Origin: Spongospora subterranea f. sp. subterranea
Taxonomy: Eukaryota
Direction of reading: 5' to 3'
DNA length: 31,091 nucleotides
NCBI GenBank assembly: GCA_049724395.1
Contig: JAUGWO010000030.1
Coordinates: 186,001-217,091 of the forward strand
Each line of letters opens with the position of its first letter. Positions within the stretch are counted from its first letter, which is position 1. Of the stretch, positions 1 through 14,854 are shown piece after piece. Made by a program: the position numbers and the translations under genes. Under the pieces are notes generated by a model. That model was given only the letters and a program-made list of their open reading frames with translations, was not told the DNA's origin and ran no database searches.

Positions 1-44
1 TCCCTGTACCAGGGTCGGGCAGTGTTCCCAGGTTGATCATCATC

Positions 45-722
45 ATGCCTTCCTGCCCCGTCGATTACGACGAGAACAGCCGGAGCGGTATCGATGTTGG
101 CCATCAAGAGGTGCAACGGATCATCGAGGAGCTGGAGGCGATATACGTCATGTCTCATAGCGAATGGCTGGCAGCGATACCGATAAGCTCATTCATATGT
201 GCACAATTAGGGTATGAGGATATCGATGAGCTAGAGGACGCCATCCATGGGACGTTCGAGGAGTTCCTCAGGATCCTCCCACAGGTCCAGATCAAACAAT
301 CGGACGATGGCGAACAGGAACGACTACTGTTCCGGATCATTGACCAAACCGGGAACCCGCACAAGATGGTGCTCAAGATCAGCGAACGACAACAGCTCTG
401 GAATGTGCTGTTGAAGTCGCCAACCGGTGTGGTTCAGATCCCGGAACTGGAGTTTGAGATATCGGCGGACGGGCGACGCCGGATCGACACGATCTGGGGA
501 TATCTGGCGTCGTCGGCGTTGGATCTCGAGGTTCGGCTGCAGCAACGGGAGAACGATCAGCACGACGATCCGGATACGGTTCAGGAGCTGGCCCTATTGC
601 GACAGGTTGTCGATGGCCTGTCCGACCTTCGCGATCTCAAATACGAATGGACTTTGGTGGTTAGTGACGAATCTGGCGCTACACGATTTACAGATATGTC
701 ATTGGTCGATATCCCCAACTGA
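45..722 (+). CDS. ZPR1 A/B (jelly-roll) domain protein without the C4 zinc finger
   Basis: Intronless ORF, first ATG at 45. The C-terminal half matches the ZPR1 domain pattern: 'LKI..RQQLWNVLLKSPTGVVQIPELEFEI...RIDTIWGYL' and 'WTLVVSDESGATRF' (ZPR1: VLKSxTAxIxIPELxLEI..TTVEG; FTLILDDPSGNSF). There are no CxxC pairs. Confidence 0.7.
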   Translation: MPSCPVDYDENSRSGIDVGHQEVQRIIEELEAIYVMSHSEWLAAIPISSFICAQLGYEDIDELEDAIHGTFEEFLRILPQVQIKQSDDGEQERLLFRIIDQTGNPHKMVLKISERQQLWNVLLKSPTGVVQIPELEFEISADGRRRIDTIWGYLASSALDLEVRLQQRENDQHDDPDTVQELALLRQVVDGLSDLRDLKYEWTLVVSDESGATRFTDMSLVDIPN

Positions 723-1451
723 TCGCAATCATCAATACAGTCGATGCCCATCCCCATCGCCCACCGTGATCATCGCGACCTGTCAGTATCGATCAGGGTA
801 CTCTGCTAGCGCCATGTGTTTGACCTGGCACGATGTCCCATCGCTTGACCACTTCAGATGACCCAACTCCCCTCGTTATTCCACTGGATATATTTATGGT
901 AATTTTCAGCATGAGGTTGTTGGTCGGCCACTACAGAAAACATCCTTGACATGAATCCGGCCATTTCGGGTAATCGAATAAGGCTGTCGTTTTTATTCGG
1001 TTCTTGCCGGTTTGCGCTTCCTATAGGAATTCCTCTGAATCTTAACGTTCATAGCATCGTCATGAATAACCGGTAAATCCAACCGACGACTCCGTTTACT
1101 GGTGACCACATCGGTGTCTCACCCTTGGTTGAATATGATGCCATAGGACTTCGTCTTGCTCAGTGTAAAAACAGGGTTTTGAGCATTGTTTGGCATTCTT
1201 GTAGTCCTGATGCGGATAGTCGGTTTTCCAATGCCCACCATGCGTCGTCAGCGGTTTCCGTTCGACCTACGAAACTGAAAATATCGTCGGCAACGGATAA
1301 TCGTTCGATATCCTTGATAATGGGCCACCAATCCCAGAAAATAACATTCAGTTGCTGATAAAAAAAAAACTGAGCACAGCGACATTTGATACGGTTGACA
1401 GAATAGCAGCTATATTCGGCCACAATTCGTGATGAGATTAGTGGGAAAAAC

Positions 1452-5078
<3,627 letters not shown>

Positions 5079-6569
5079 TCAAATAAAAAAAGAGCTGATC
5101 AAGGCGGGTTTGATGCTTTCGGCCGTTGTAAGGGCGAATTGTTTTGAAAGTGAAGAAAGACACCGGACGATAACCGGACCGTCCAAAGAAAAATTGCAGA
5201 TTGGGCGATAAGGGATTGACAGGGTTGCTCCGCACCGACTTGAGTTGGCACTTCCGCACATGTTACATTACACTGCACCTTGGGCTGAGTCAGTAGTGTA
5301 TCTTGTGACGGGGACCGTCTTCAGCACTTATCACTGTGAAGAGGCCGCGGGCAGTGTTCGCCGGCCTCTCACTGATGCCAGTCCGTCACGGCGTCCGCTC
5401 ACGCCATTGCATTCCGTATTCGAACGATGTTTTAATCGTCTCTCGGCGATTTTCTAATCTCGTTATTTCGTTTGATGGCCTTTTCCGCCATCATCTTCGC
5501 CTCAGCTCACTCAACGCCTGCATATTCATGCTGCTTGTCAGAGACGCATCAGACAATCCGCCTCTGGGCAATGTAATCAATTATGCTGTCAAAATGGATT
5601 ACTCATCAATCAGAAGAAACTCTGGAAATGAGGTTTTCAGGAGATTCACTTGCTTGTGACACCAGAATCTGCCAAACACATTGCTGAACTTGTTTCGTTG
5701 CTCTGTTTTCATGAAGAATGTCGACAACTCTTGGATTCTGTAGGAAGCGATCGTATCATGGGTCCCCTGTTTACTTGGCTCATCTCTCGTGACGAAATTC
5801 AATGCTTCATGTTCTGAACCATTTTGAGATGACCTGCTTCCTGTATTTGTTGGGCTAACGATAACCTCAGTTTCATCCAGCGTCGGACCTGTGCTGGAGA
5901 CCCTTGTACCTGGGGTCCTGCAAGATGGCAATAGATCTCGACGTCGACATGAACTTTATTCCATGGAGTTCTTACCGCATCTGCCCGACGAAATCACGGC
6001 CTCAGTACGCCAAGGAATGCCTAACCGCGTTTCTGCACAAGATGAGGCGCAACGTGATTCTTCATACTTATTTACAGTTGGCGAAACCCGGGTCCAATGC
6101 TTGACTCGTCCACAATTTCGTTATATTACCGTGCTTATGCCCCTCAGACCGATCACCTTTCCCAAAGTTAAACAAATCCTCGCGACGACTTCTCGAAACG
6201 ATTGTGCTACAAACGTGGATTCATCCTTCTGAAAGTGTTTTAGTACTTTAAAGCCGATTACCTCCGAGTAAACAGTTCTTCCATATGGACTCGCGTCAGC
6301 TCCTTCCTTATGTCAATGGTTAGCTTCTTCACTCTGTTTCGGTAATCATTAGCAACCGTTGGACGGTCAAATGTCAGGATTAGCCATTCTGCTACTGGAG
6401 ATTGAGTCATGAATTCGAACAAAAGTTCGCGCGCGCCAATCTTGCAAGGCGGTTTTGAGCATGCGATGTCCAACGACAAAATTATGGGCGGTTCCAATTA
6501 GGTGAACTTGTTAGGGAGTGTGAAGCGGATAAAGATGACTGTCGCTGGTGGAGAATTTTTGTTCAAGAA

Positions 6570-6900
6570 ATTGAGCTGTCCCCGAAGTCGAGCGAGTTAG
6601 AAATTATATGAGATCGCGATATTGAGCCTTCTTGCGACAGGAATGCTGATCGATTAAGAAAGAGTTTAAAAGGTTTCGACTTGCCCACGTTGATGATGAA
6701 GCCCGTTGCCTCCATGAATTGCATCAATCTCGATTATACCTGATGGAGATCGTCTGAGTCGGAATGTCAACCGAAAACTTCTCCAAGTAAACTGCGTCTT
6801 GTTGGTTTGGTTGAAGGGAATGGAGGAGGTGATACGAGGACTAGGGCACGATCTCAGAGCGATGCCCCGAATCTAACTGTGTTCGTAAAGATCCTCCCCC
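6570..6900 (-). mobile_element. Decayed reverse-transcriptase relic, DIRS/YR-retroelement-like
   Basis: Minus-strand fragments across stops and shifts occur in RT order: 'VYLEKF' (degenerate YLDDF), 'FMEATGFIINVGKS', 'ISIPVARRLNI', 'LARLRGQLNF'. These resemble DIRS RT motifs (LG..IN..KS; ISLP.EK; LA.L.G.L.F). Confidence 0.4.
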
Positions 6901-7564
6901 CCTAGCGTTGGACACGTTCGAGTTAGACTTGTCCCGAAATATTCACCTGCAGATGATGAATGGTTATCTGATTGCATTGACTGGCTACAAGATTTCCTCA
7001 GTGTTTAGCCCCAACGCTGATCCGTTTTGATGTGAAATTTGTTGTCTCTGATACAGCAATAGCACCCGCCACAAAATATTTCATCGGAAACGGGTATGCA
7101 GTGACGTTATTGGAGAGTTGTAATGATCGCGATATCCAGTTAGCAGCAGCAACGCAACGTCAGAGCTGGTTGGCACTTGTGTTGACTAAGGCAGCTCGAT
7201 AGGAACATTGAGGTGATAACACAAACCCCCATAAGTATTACTCCTATCACATGATTGAGGTGTTAAACCGTGTTCAGCTGGACACTCGAGTACAGACGTT
7301 TCCAAAACACATCGTTGACTGGGTTTCCTGCATCATGATCGAAATTCGGACGTTCCGCCGTTAACTATAGGACATCCGAAAGGACAAGGACATAACCTGT
7401 CGATATCTTCCAGATACTCACGAAATCAACAATTGAATACGCAATCTTTCCGATGAATTGATTTGTACCGTTTGGTGCTGTCTTTATAGCACAGGCAGGA
7501 GAACGGATCGGATCTGGAGATTGAACGTTGAGGAAATCTCGTTTTCACCTCCATGGTAATACAA

Positions 7565-8175
7565 TCAGATAATCAGGTTCACCCTAAAATGTGGTGGTAT
7601 ATTCCCTCGTATCCTGTTGATGGAGCACAAGAACTGCTGTAAATCCGCTGCAATTGTCGGGACGTTAAGAGTTGCTAATGCGGATACCATATCTGGGTCG
7701 GATGACGTCCCTTTAGCTGAAATAACGCGACCGCACCATTTTACTGTGTTCCTATAGAGATGAAATCGATTCGGATTGAGCTTGATGCCGAAGCGAGCAA
7801 AAAGGCCACGAAGCTTGTTGAGCAAATGAAAATAATCATTGATGTTTTGGGCATAACCCAACAGGTCTTCAACCCACAGTAGGACGCCATTATACAGGAG
7901 ATTCGCCTAAAACCTCGTGCATTCCCGCTTGAAACGCGAAAACGGCGTCGGCCAATCGTTGTATGCTTCTTCGTTGCGTGTAGACTGCTTCATGGGTCAT
8001 GAAGGAACAGCGTTCCTGCGATACGGGATGTTGGGGAAACTGCCAGCAGCCTTCCAAGGCGTCCAGCAATATATATATCGATGAGTTACGTAGGTAATTG
8101 AGGATGATATCTATATGTGGCATCGGCCAAATTGTTCGTTCTGATCGTCTGTTCACATCTTTGGGGTCAATGCAT
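7565..8175 (-). mobile_element. Ty3/Gypsy reverse transcriptase fragment (oomycete-type, W.DD/KWCGR clade), pseudogenised
   Basis: 'CIDPKDVNRRSERTIWPMPHID', 'LLDALEGCWQFP', 'LLWVEDLLGYA' (catalytic DD mutated), 'GIKLNP...VKWCGRVIS', 'AADLQQFLCSIN'; a frameshift or stop lies near 7890. Confidence 0.9.
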
Positions 8176-8378
8176 AGACGATCAGAACGAACAATTTGGC
8201 CGATGCCACATATAGATATCATTCTCAATTACCTACGTAACTCATCGATATATATATTGCTGGACGCCTTTAAAGGCTACTGGCAGTTTCCCCAACATCC
8301 CGTATCGCAGGAACGCTGTTCCTTCATGACCCATGAAGCAGTCTACACGCAACGAAGAATCATACAAGGATTGGCCGA
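7948..8378. repeat. Long inverted repeat: 203-bp arms (7948-8150 / 8176-8378), 25-nt spacer, about 6 mismatches
   Basis: Direct alignment of the reverse complement. The ORF track shows the same RT peptide on both strands. Confidence 0.95.
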
Positions 8379-9239
8379 AACGAAGACGAAGTCCATGCAC
8401 AGCAGAGTCCCTAAGGGGCGTCTGGCCCCGAATGAGGAGGCAATGTCCACCATGGCTACCCAGGTCAACGAACACAATCGGATTCGAGGCATCTTTTCTG
8501 CTCTAGGATCGTAAAATGGCCAAGTTTGCGAATCACTTCAGGAATCGTGAAATGTGTTTCCGGAGATTGAAACAGAAGTTCGAACGGCAGATCTGTGCTG
8601 AACGAAGGCGATTTTTGATTGTTTGGTCTGCCAAATAATTCCAGCAGTCAGCGTTGTTAGGTTTAGGGTTCATCTGGCACAGCAACTCTGACAGTTGGAC
8701 TGTTGTGGTCAACGCGACGACGACCCGAATGAACAGCAAGTCACCCAGACCAACACATCGTGTCCTCATCCTTGACATAACAAGAGTGCCGGCGCTGATA
8801 CAGTATCTGAATGGTGAATCTCGGCGGTCGGCACCACTTTGTTTGCGAAACGCAGTGAGGATATTTCATATGGGGTCAGCACATGATATGACCATAGTTG
8901 TTCCAATCAACTAAAAGTTGCCTATTTGCTATCTGTGTATGCTCTCTTTGTAAATATCCATCCGCACGACCCGGTCTTGCCATTCGGCTCATCATGCCGC
9001 CGACGTGGTCACCCTCTTCTTACGCGGTGGGATCGTGTTGAAGGGACTCTACCGATATTGTGGTTCCCACTTCTTTGAGGTATCTTCTCGCAAAAAACTG
9101 TCTCAACAGTTGCTGAGCGCCTCCAATTGGCGGTATCGAGTCGAAGCTGACGTTGACCCTGGTATAATTGGGGCGGTATTACCAGTGTCAAATCGATTTA
9201 GGAAGAGAAGAGCCGATAGGAACTTCATGAAGCTGATCA

Positions 9240-9400
9240 TGATGAAGTTATTAAACGCAGATGATTTAACAAAAAGATTTTCGAATAATGGAACCTGCCG
9301 ATTTTCAAGCTATTTCATGTCGCCTTGTTAACGCCTGATAACTTCAAGGGGGGAATGTTGTCTTTGCCAGACGGCAGGATTATGCCCGCATTCGTCGGTG
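9240..9400 (+). mobile_element. Possible Copia 3' end (RNase H tail, PPT, start of LTR)
   Basis: 'LNADDLTKRF' resembles the Copia ADxLTK motif. It is followed by the purine tract AAGGGGGGAA and then TGTTG at 9356. No matching CAACA end was found. Confidence 0.4.
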
Positions 9401-11046
9401 TCGCCAATGGTGGTTCGGATTTCCGCTGGATAAAGTCTGAATTGCTGTGATTTTTCTGAAGAGTTTTCTTGATGGTCTCTTTTTTCCGGTACCTTGTTCT
9501 TTGGCTAGTTGCATCGTATCGTCACCGACGTTCAGGAGCGCCCGATGGAAAGGTTTGCACCGAAACATCTGACAAAGGGATGATCGGTTTCGCTGTCCGA
9601 CCAGTTCTCAGGCGAGCTGACGTCTTCTTGTCAAGGTGATTCGCTGTTTGCTTCGTCTTTCTCATCGGATAGGTTGAACGGGCTTCGGTTAATCCTGATA
9701 CGAATCAAGTTGTTGTTATTGGTGTCAAAATCAAGGGCGAGACGGACGAATCGCACACGTTGATGCTGATATGGAGAACGACAAGGTTCCTGAGTTGTGT
9801 CCAGTAAGAAATCGCCCAGGTAAGACAGCAGATTCGCCAGTCGAGTAGGAGTCTTTCAACTGCCAGTAAGTTTTATTGTTTCGAAACCTCAGCTCTGATC
9901 GATAGCGTTGTTTGTTTAGATTCCAGAGCATAAACTCATCAGTCATCACAAGTCGAGGTCCATGGGGTACTCATACGTTGAGGAAACCGGCCATCTAATG
10001 GCCATATGGGGAAATGGTTCCGTTGAGCAGACCATGCTCTCAGCCCGACATTCCAACCGCTCAAAAGTACAATGAAGATGCAGCAGCTCGTTTGCAATGG
10101 CCATAATTCACAGGGTAATGAACGCTCACACGTGTTTGAATAACGGAATAAAATTGGTTCAGAGAGAATTTCCTGTTGAAGTCATCCTCTGATTGGAGTC
10201 CCATGCTCGTTATGAATCTAGGCGCAATGTTGGCATTGAATCAGAAGAGACCAGCTGCTGATGATATGGCGTCACATTGAATAACGTTGGCCGCTAGACT
10301 GATTAATGGGAAACTTTTTGACTGTTCAACACTCCACAGATGTTATAAGAATATCCAACTACTTTGTGAAGATGTCGAAGACACTGAACAGAGAATTAAT
10401 AAAAAGTCGAATGATGCAGGAGTGGGGAATGACGCAAAAGAAATGATCCGGCTGATATCACGAATGTATGCGTTGCAGAACGAACTACAGCCGGCGAACG
10501 AGGCGACGGTCGTGGGAACTCTCCAGAACTGAGATTATTCAATATCAGGGTTCGGTTGTTCCAGGATCGCAACCCATCAGGAGCAGGAAACGGGCAGAGG
10601 ATGGGTTTGATATTCAAAACAGGGATCTAAGTGACCCGCAGATGAGCACGGTCTGCAACCTCACGATTATTCGTGATATCGAAAAAAAGTGCAAAGGGGA
10701 CTCATTCCGGATTCATTCCGTACATTTTATTATTCCGTTGTTCCCCCGATTTTGAGGTGTTCACGCAATCACTGCGGCGATGAATTCATCAGGAGATGGG
10801 AAGCACAATTTCACAGACGGAATGGAGGACGAAACGGTGGCCAGGTCCCAACGGATAGATGACCAACTCGCCCCTCCGAGGAAAAAGGTTAAAATCATAA
10901 ATGGCCGTAAAAACAATTTCGAGACAAACGCATTTTGAAGTTTTCAGCATTAATATTAGTGCAAATTGCTGCATCATGTTGATTTTATTGGCCATCTAAG
11001 ATATCACCCATCATGTCATTAATGTCTAGTACGGCTGGCGTCGTTC

Positions 11047-12200
11047 TTAAAACCGTCCGAAATTTAGCCACTTGCATTGGCTGATTAATAACAGCTCTTT
11101 TTCGTCTGATGGGAGGCCACCAAGAACGGTTTGTCCTAGAATCTTATATGAATGATCGAACACGTCTCCGTAGGTTTTTAATTCCAACCGATCCATCCAA
11201 AACACCCTTTGGGACGATGCCCATCGAAACAACTGGCGATTGCCTTTACCCAATCCTTTGGATCATATATCCGAATCGCCTTCGTCTTGGACTCGATAAC
11301 AGAAAACATACGGTCGCAAACTAAAAATGTGTGTCCTACTTCTGGAAACTTCAAATGAATTTCTTTGAATTTGTAGACGCTACCTTTTGGATTAGCGAGT
11401 TCCTCAGCGAATGAACATATAAATCTATTCTTGTTTTGACCTGTGCAATTATCTGAAATCAGAATCAGAACCCCTTGGCCTGCATCCTCCCCTAACACGT
11501 TCAAAGTATGAAGCAATTCACCCCATAAATGGAAGAAATGTTGGTCTAAATGGGCAACGTAAAAATCCAAGTTCGAAACATTATATTGATCTTTGAACCG
11601 AACAGCTTTCGTGACAAGTTCGGCGTAGGTCTTTTTTGTTTCATGATCATATACAAGCGTCGCCCCAGTTGGAAGCATTGTTCGGGAACTTAACCCTTGA
11701 TAATTTGGATTCTTGACAATCATGATCAATAGTCATGTACTCCAACTGAGCTGCTGTACGGTGCAACTAAAAGTCGCTGTCGACGTAAGGACGTGCTGGG
11801 TCAGATGGCTTTGAAGAGTTGAGTTGATGGCGGAAACGAAGACAAGTTTCGCCTTCATCCGTTTTCGATTGATACAATTTTACATATCCAAACTCTGCTG
11901 AAAACAAATCACGAAAACGTCTCACTACACTAGTGGTGTCGCCGTGATGGGGACTCCAAAATTCAAAGCTTGCATTCTTTGTTCATGATTTTCAGCATCA
12001 TGCTCTTGCAAAAAATTTGTGCCAAATCGATTTGACATCCCTTTCGGCTTGCAAATAAACGGTACCTGCCCGGGCGCGGCGGTTGTAGTGTGAAGGTTGT
12101 CCCTTTTGAATAACCAGATCGAAATTGATTGCCTGGCCTTTTCCAATAACTCAGGATCGCAACGGTTTGGAACAACGGCTTTGGACGTCCCTCTCCGGTC
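11047..12200 (-). mobile_element. Degenerate DDE/DDD DNA transposase, Sola-like
   Basis: ORF 11178-11729 carries 'LILISDNCTGQNKN', 'FKEIHLKFPEVGHTFLVCDRMFSVIE' and 'IYDPKDW', motifs typical of this transposase group. Flanking frames are broken and the boundaries are approximate. Confidence 0.65.
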
Positions 12201-12208
12201 AACTCCAA

Positions 12209-13347
12209 GACAGCGGTGCCCGCCGGTCCCTATTAGATCACCACAAGCCCCTGTATCATCAATGTACAGTGTACAATCCTCCTGACAGCGGTGCCCGCCG
12301 GTCCCTATTAGATCACCACAAGCCCCTGTATCATCAATGTACAGTGTGACAGCGGTGCCCGCCGGTCCCTATTAGATCACCACAAGCCCCTGTATCATCA
12401 ATGTACAGTGTACAATCCTCCTGACAGCGGTGCCCGCCGGTCCCTATTCAGATCACCACAAGCCCCTGTATCATCAATGTACAGTGTACAATCCTCCTGA
12501 CAGCGGTGCCCGCCGGTCCCTATTAGATCACCACAAGCCCCTGTATCATCAATGTACAGTGTACAATCCTCCTGACAGCGGTGCCCGCCGGTCCCTATTA
12601 GATCACCACAAGCCCCTGTATCATCAATGTACAGTGTACAATCCTCCTGACAGCGGTGCCCGCCGGTCCCTATTAGATCACCACAAGCCCCTGTATCATC
12701 AATGTACAGTGTACAATCCTCCTGACAGCGGTGCCCGCCGGTCCCTATTATTAGATCACCACAAGCCCCTGTATCATCAATGTACAGTGTACAATCCTCC
12801 TGACAGCGGTGCCCGCCGGTCCCTATTAGATCACCACAAGCCCCTGTATCATCAATGTACAGTGTACAATCCTCCTGACAGCGGTGCCCGCCGGTCCCTA
12901 TTAGATCACCACAAGCCCCTGTATCATCAATGTACAGTGTACAATCCTCCTGACAGCGGTGCCCGCCGGTCCCTATTAGATCACCACAAGCCCCTGTATC
13001 ATCAATGTACAGTGTACAATCCTCCTGACAGCGGTGCCCGCCGGTCCCTATTAGATCACCACAAGCCCCTGTATCATCAATGTACAGTGTACAATCCTCC
13101 TGACAGCGGTGCCCGTACAATCCTCCCGGTCCCTATTAGATCACCACAAGCCCCTGTATCATCAATGTACAGTGTACAATCCTCCTGACAGCGGTGCCCG
13201 CCGGTCCCTATTAGATCACCACAAGCCCCTGTATCATCAATGTACAGTGTACAATCCTCCTGACAGCGGTGCCCGCCGGTCCCTATTAGATCACCACAAG
13301 CCCCTGTATCATCAATGTACAGTGTACAATCCCCTATTAGATCACCA
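12209..13347. repeat. Tandem array, about 15 copies of a 75-bp unit GACAGCGGTGCCCGCCGGTCCCTATTAGATCACCACAAGCCCCTGTATCATCAATGTACAGTGTACAATCCTCCT
   Basis: Head-to-tail near-identical copies that differ mainly by small indels (11-nt deletion in copy 2, +1 in copy 4, +3 in copy 8, internal rearrangement near 13115). There are no unique spacers. Confidence 0.97.
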
Positions 13348-13483
13348 TTATTAGTAATCTCTTCTGTCGCTCTCACCGTTCACCCTTCATAGCGCCACCT
13401 CCCCACCACGGCTCTGGCTCTTTCTGACGCCATCAGAGCGTCACATCGCAACTTGGCTCTCATATCAATCTAGGGTGCAGATC

Positions 13484-14533
13484 ATGTCAGCCTGCTCGGT
13501 TCTTTGCACATCTTTGTCGGCCTCAGTACGCGCGGCTCATCTCGTGGATCTGTTTTCGGCATGTGGTCAGGTCGTTCATCATGAAATTGAGGCCGAGGGA
13601 TATTCTCATGCCCGGTGTATTATTCGATTTAAAGACGCTGCCTCAGCAAACATGGCTTTGCTTCTTGATGGTACAGCTCTTGGCGATATGGCAATGCGAG
13701 TTGTATCTGTCCCTTATGATAGTCTGACCGAGGCGCCTCCTTTACCGACTCCACCTCCCTCAACTACATCTGCTGTAGCTGCAGCCACAGCTGCCGCCGC
13801 CGCCATTGAGGCATCTGTTCTGTGCCAAGATGACAGACTCGCTCGTACTATATATGTAGGGAATCTGTCACCAAGCGTTGCCACCGAACATGTGATCGGG
13901 TTCTTGGCGCCGTTAGGTGGTGCTATTATCAACATCAAGATGTGTCCTGGTGGAGGATCAGCCACTGCCCACGCCTTTGTGGAATTTGGCACTGTTCGTC
14001 ATGCGCAGATGGCGCTAGGTCTATCAGGAACTGAACTGCACTCCCGTAATGTTAAAGTCGGAATGGCGGAGAATCCTATTCAAGCTGCTGGTGAAGGAAC
14101 GGCTGATTTACGAAAAAGGGAGTTAGCGCTTGAGAAGGTTCGTTTAGCACAGGCACGGCTTCAAATGAAGAAGATGGGCACCAACAAAGACGATGATAAA
14201 GACGGTGGTGGATCGGGAAAAAGCAGGAGCCGAAGCAGAAGCAGGAGCCGATCGAGAAGGCGGCGAAAGAGCAGGAGCTCTCGTCGAAGCGGTAGTCGCG
14301 ATAGGAGTCATCGCCATCATAGGCACCGGCATCGCAGCAGTCGAAGCCCTCGTCGACATCGTAGTAGAAGTCGGAGTGTTCCTCGGTTTACGAGTGCCCG
14401 TAGTATGAACTACATCAGGCCATCGACCAGGAAGAAACAGACGATACAGCCGGCCAATATGATATGGGATGGGTTTCAATGGATTGCTAAACCTCCTGCT
14501 CCTGTTGTTCCTCAAAACCCACCAACACTATAA
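13484..14533 (+). CDS. SR-related splicing factor with two RRM domains and an RS domain (SREK1/SRSF11-like)
   Basis: Degenerate RRM1, then RRM2 'RTIYVGNL...HAFVEF...ALGLSGTELHSRNVKV', followed by a long RS/RH tract. First ATG at 13484; intronless. Confidence 0.85.
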   Translation: MSACSVLCTSLSASVRAAHLVDLFSACGQVVHHEIEAEGYSHARCIIRFKDAASANMALLLDGTALGDMAMRVVSVPYDSLTEAPPLPTPPPSTTSAVAAATAAAAAIEASVLCQDDRLARTIYVGNLSPSVATEHVIGFLAPLGGAIINIKMCPGGGSATAHAFVEFGTVRHAQMALGLSGTELHSRNVKVGMAENPIQAAGEGTADLRKRELALEKVRLAQARLQMKKMGTNKDDDKDGGGSGKSRSRSRSRSRSRRRRKSRSSRRSGSRDRSHRHHRHRHRSSRSPRRHRSRSRSVPRFTSARSMNYIRPSTRKKQTIQPANMIWDGFQWIAKPPAPVVPQNPPTL

Positions 14534-14854
14534 ACCTCGATCATCTCTGTCAGTCAAAACAATTCAATATCCTCTTTCATTGATATGATCCTGATTATGT
14601 GTATCGCCCGCTATACTCATTGTTAACCTTATCCGGCTAATTGGCCGGAAATGATCGAACTGTACCGATCCGGGAAATGGTGCTGGGATTTTCTTGAGGC
14701 CTCGTGTATTCCCTCTTTACCTCAGAAACGGGATGGACACAGTTCTGATCGCGTGCCTCTGGTCGATCATATCTTGAACTCGACCCCGATATCACCCCAG
14801 GAACGGTCACTTTGGCTCAAGACAGGGTTAGAACCTATTCGCTAACCGGTGAAC

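Noticed and set aside
1160..1423. Small minus-strand ORF between the ZPR1-like and AP4E genes
   Set aside because: No recognisable motifs, no ATG start and no consistent exon chain could be built.
8655..8672. Telomere-like TTAGGTTTAGGG
   Set aside because: Fewer than two full units; expected by chance.
9000..9240. Minus-strand signal-peptide-like start MISFMKFLSALLFL
   Set aside because: It stops after about 45 codons with no convincing splice rescue, and it overlaps a probable Copia relic on the other strand.
9400..10780. Several short ORFs (e.g. 9731-9949, 10287-10532)
   Set aside because: No identifiable motifs; probably decayed TE or pseudogene sequence, left uncalled.
12209..13347. 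CRISPR array, or the 240-252-aa repeat ORFs on both strands as real genes
   Set aside because: Units are contiguous with no unique spacers, there are no cas genes and the context is eukaryotic. The ORFs arise because the unit is 3n and stop-free in some frames, and indels break the frames.
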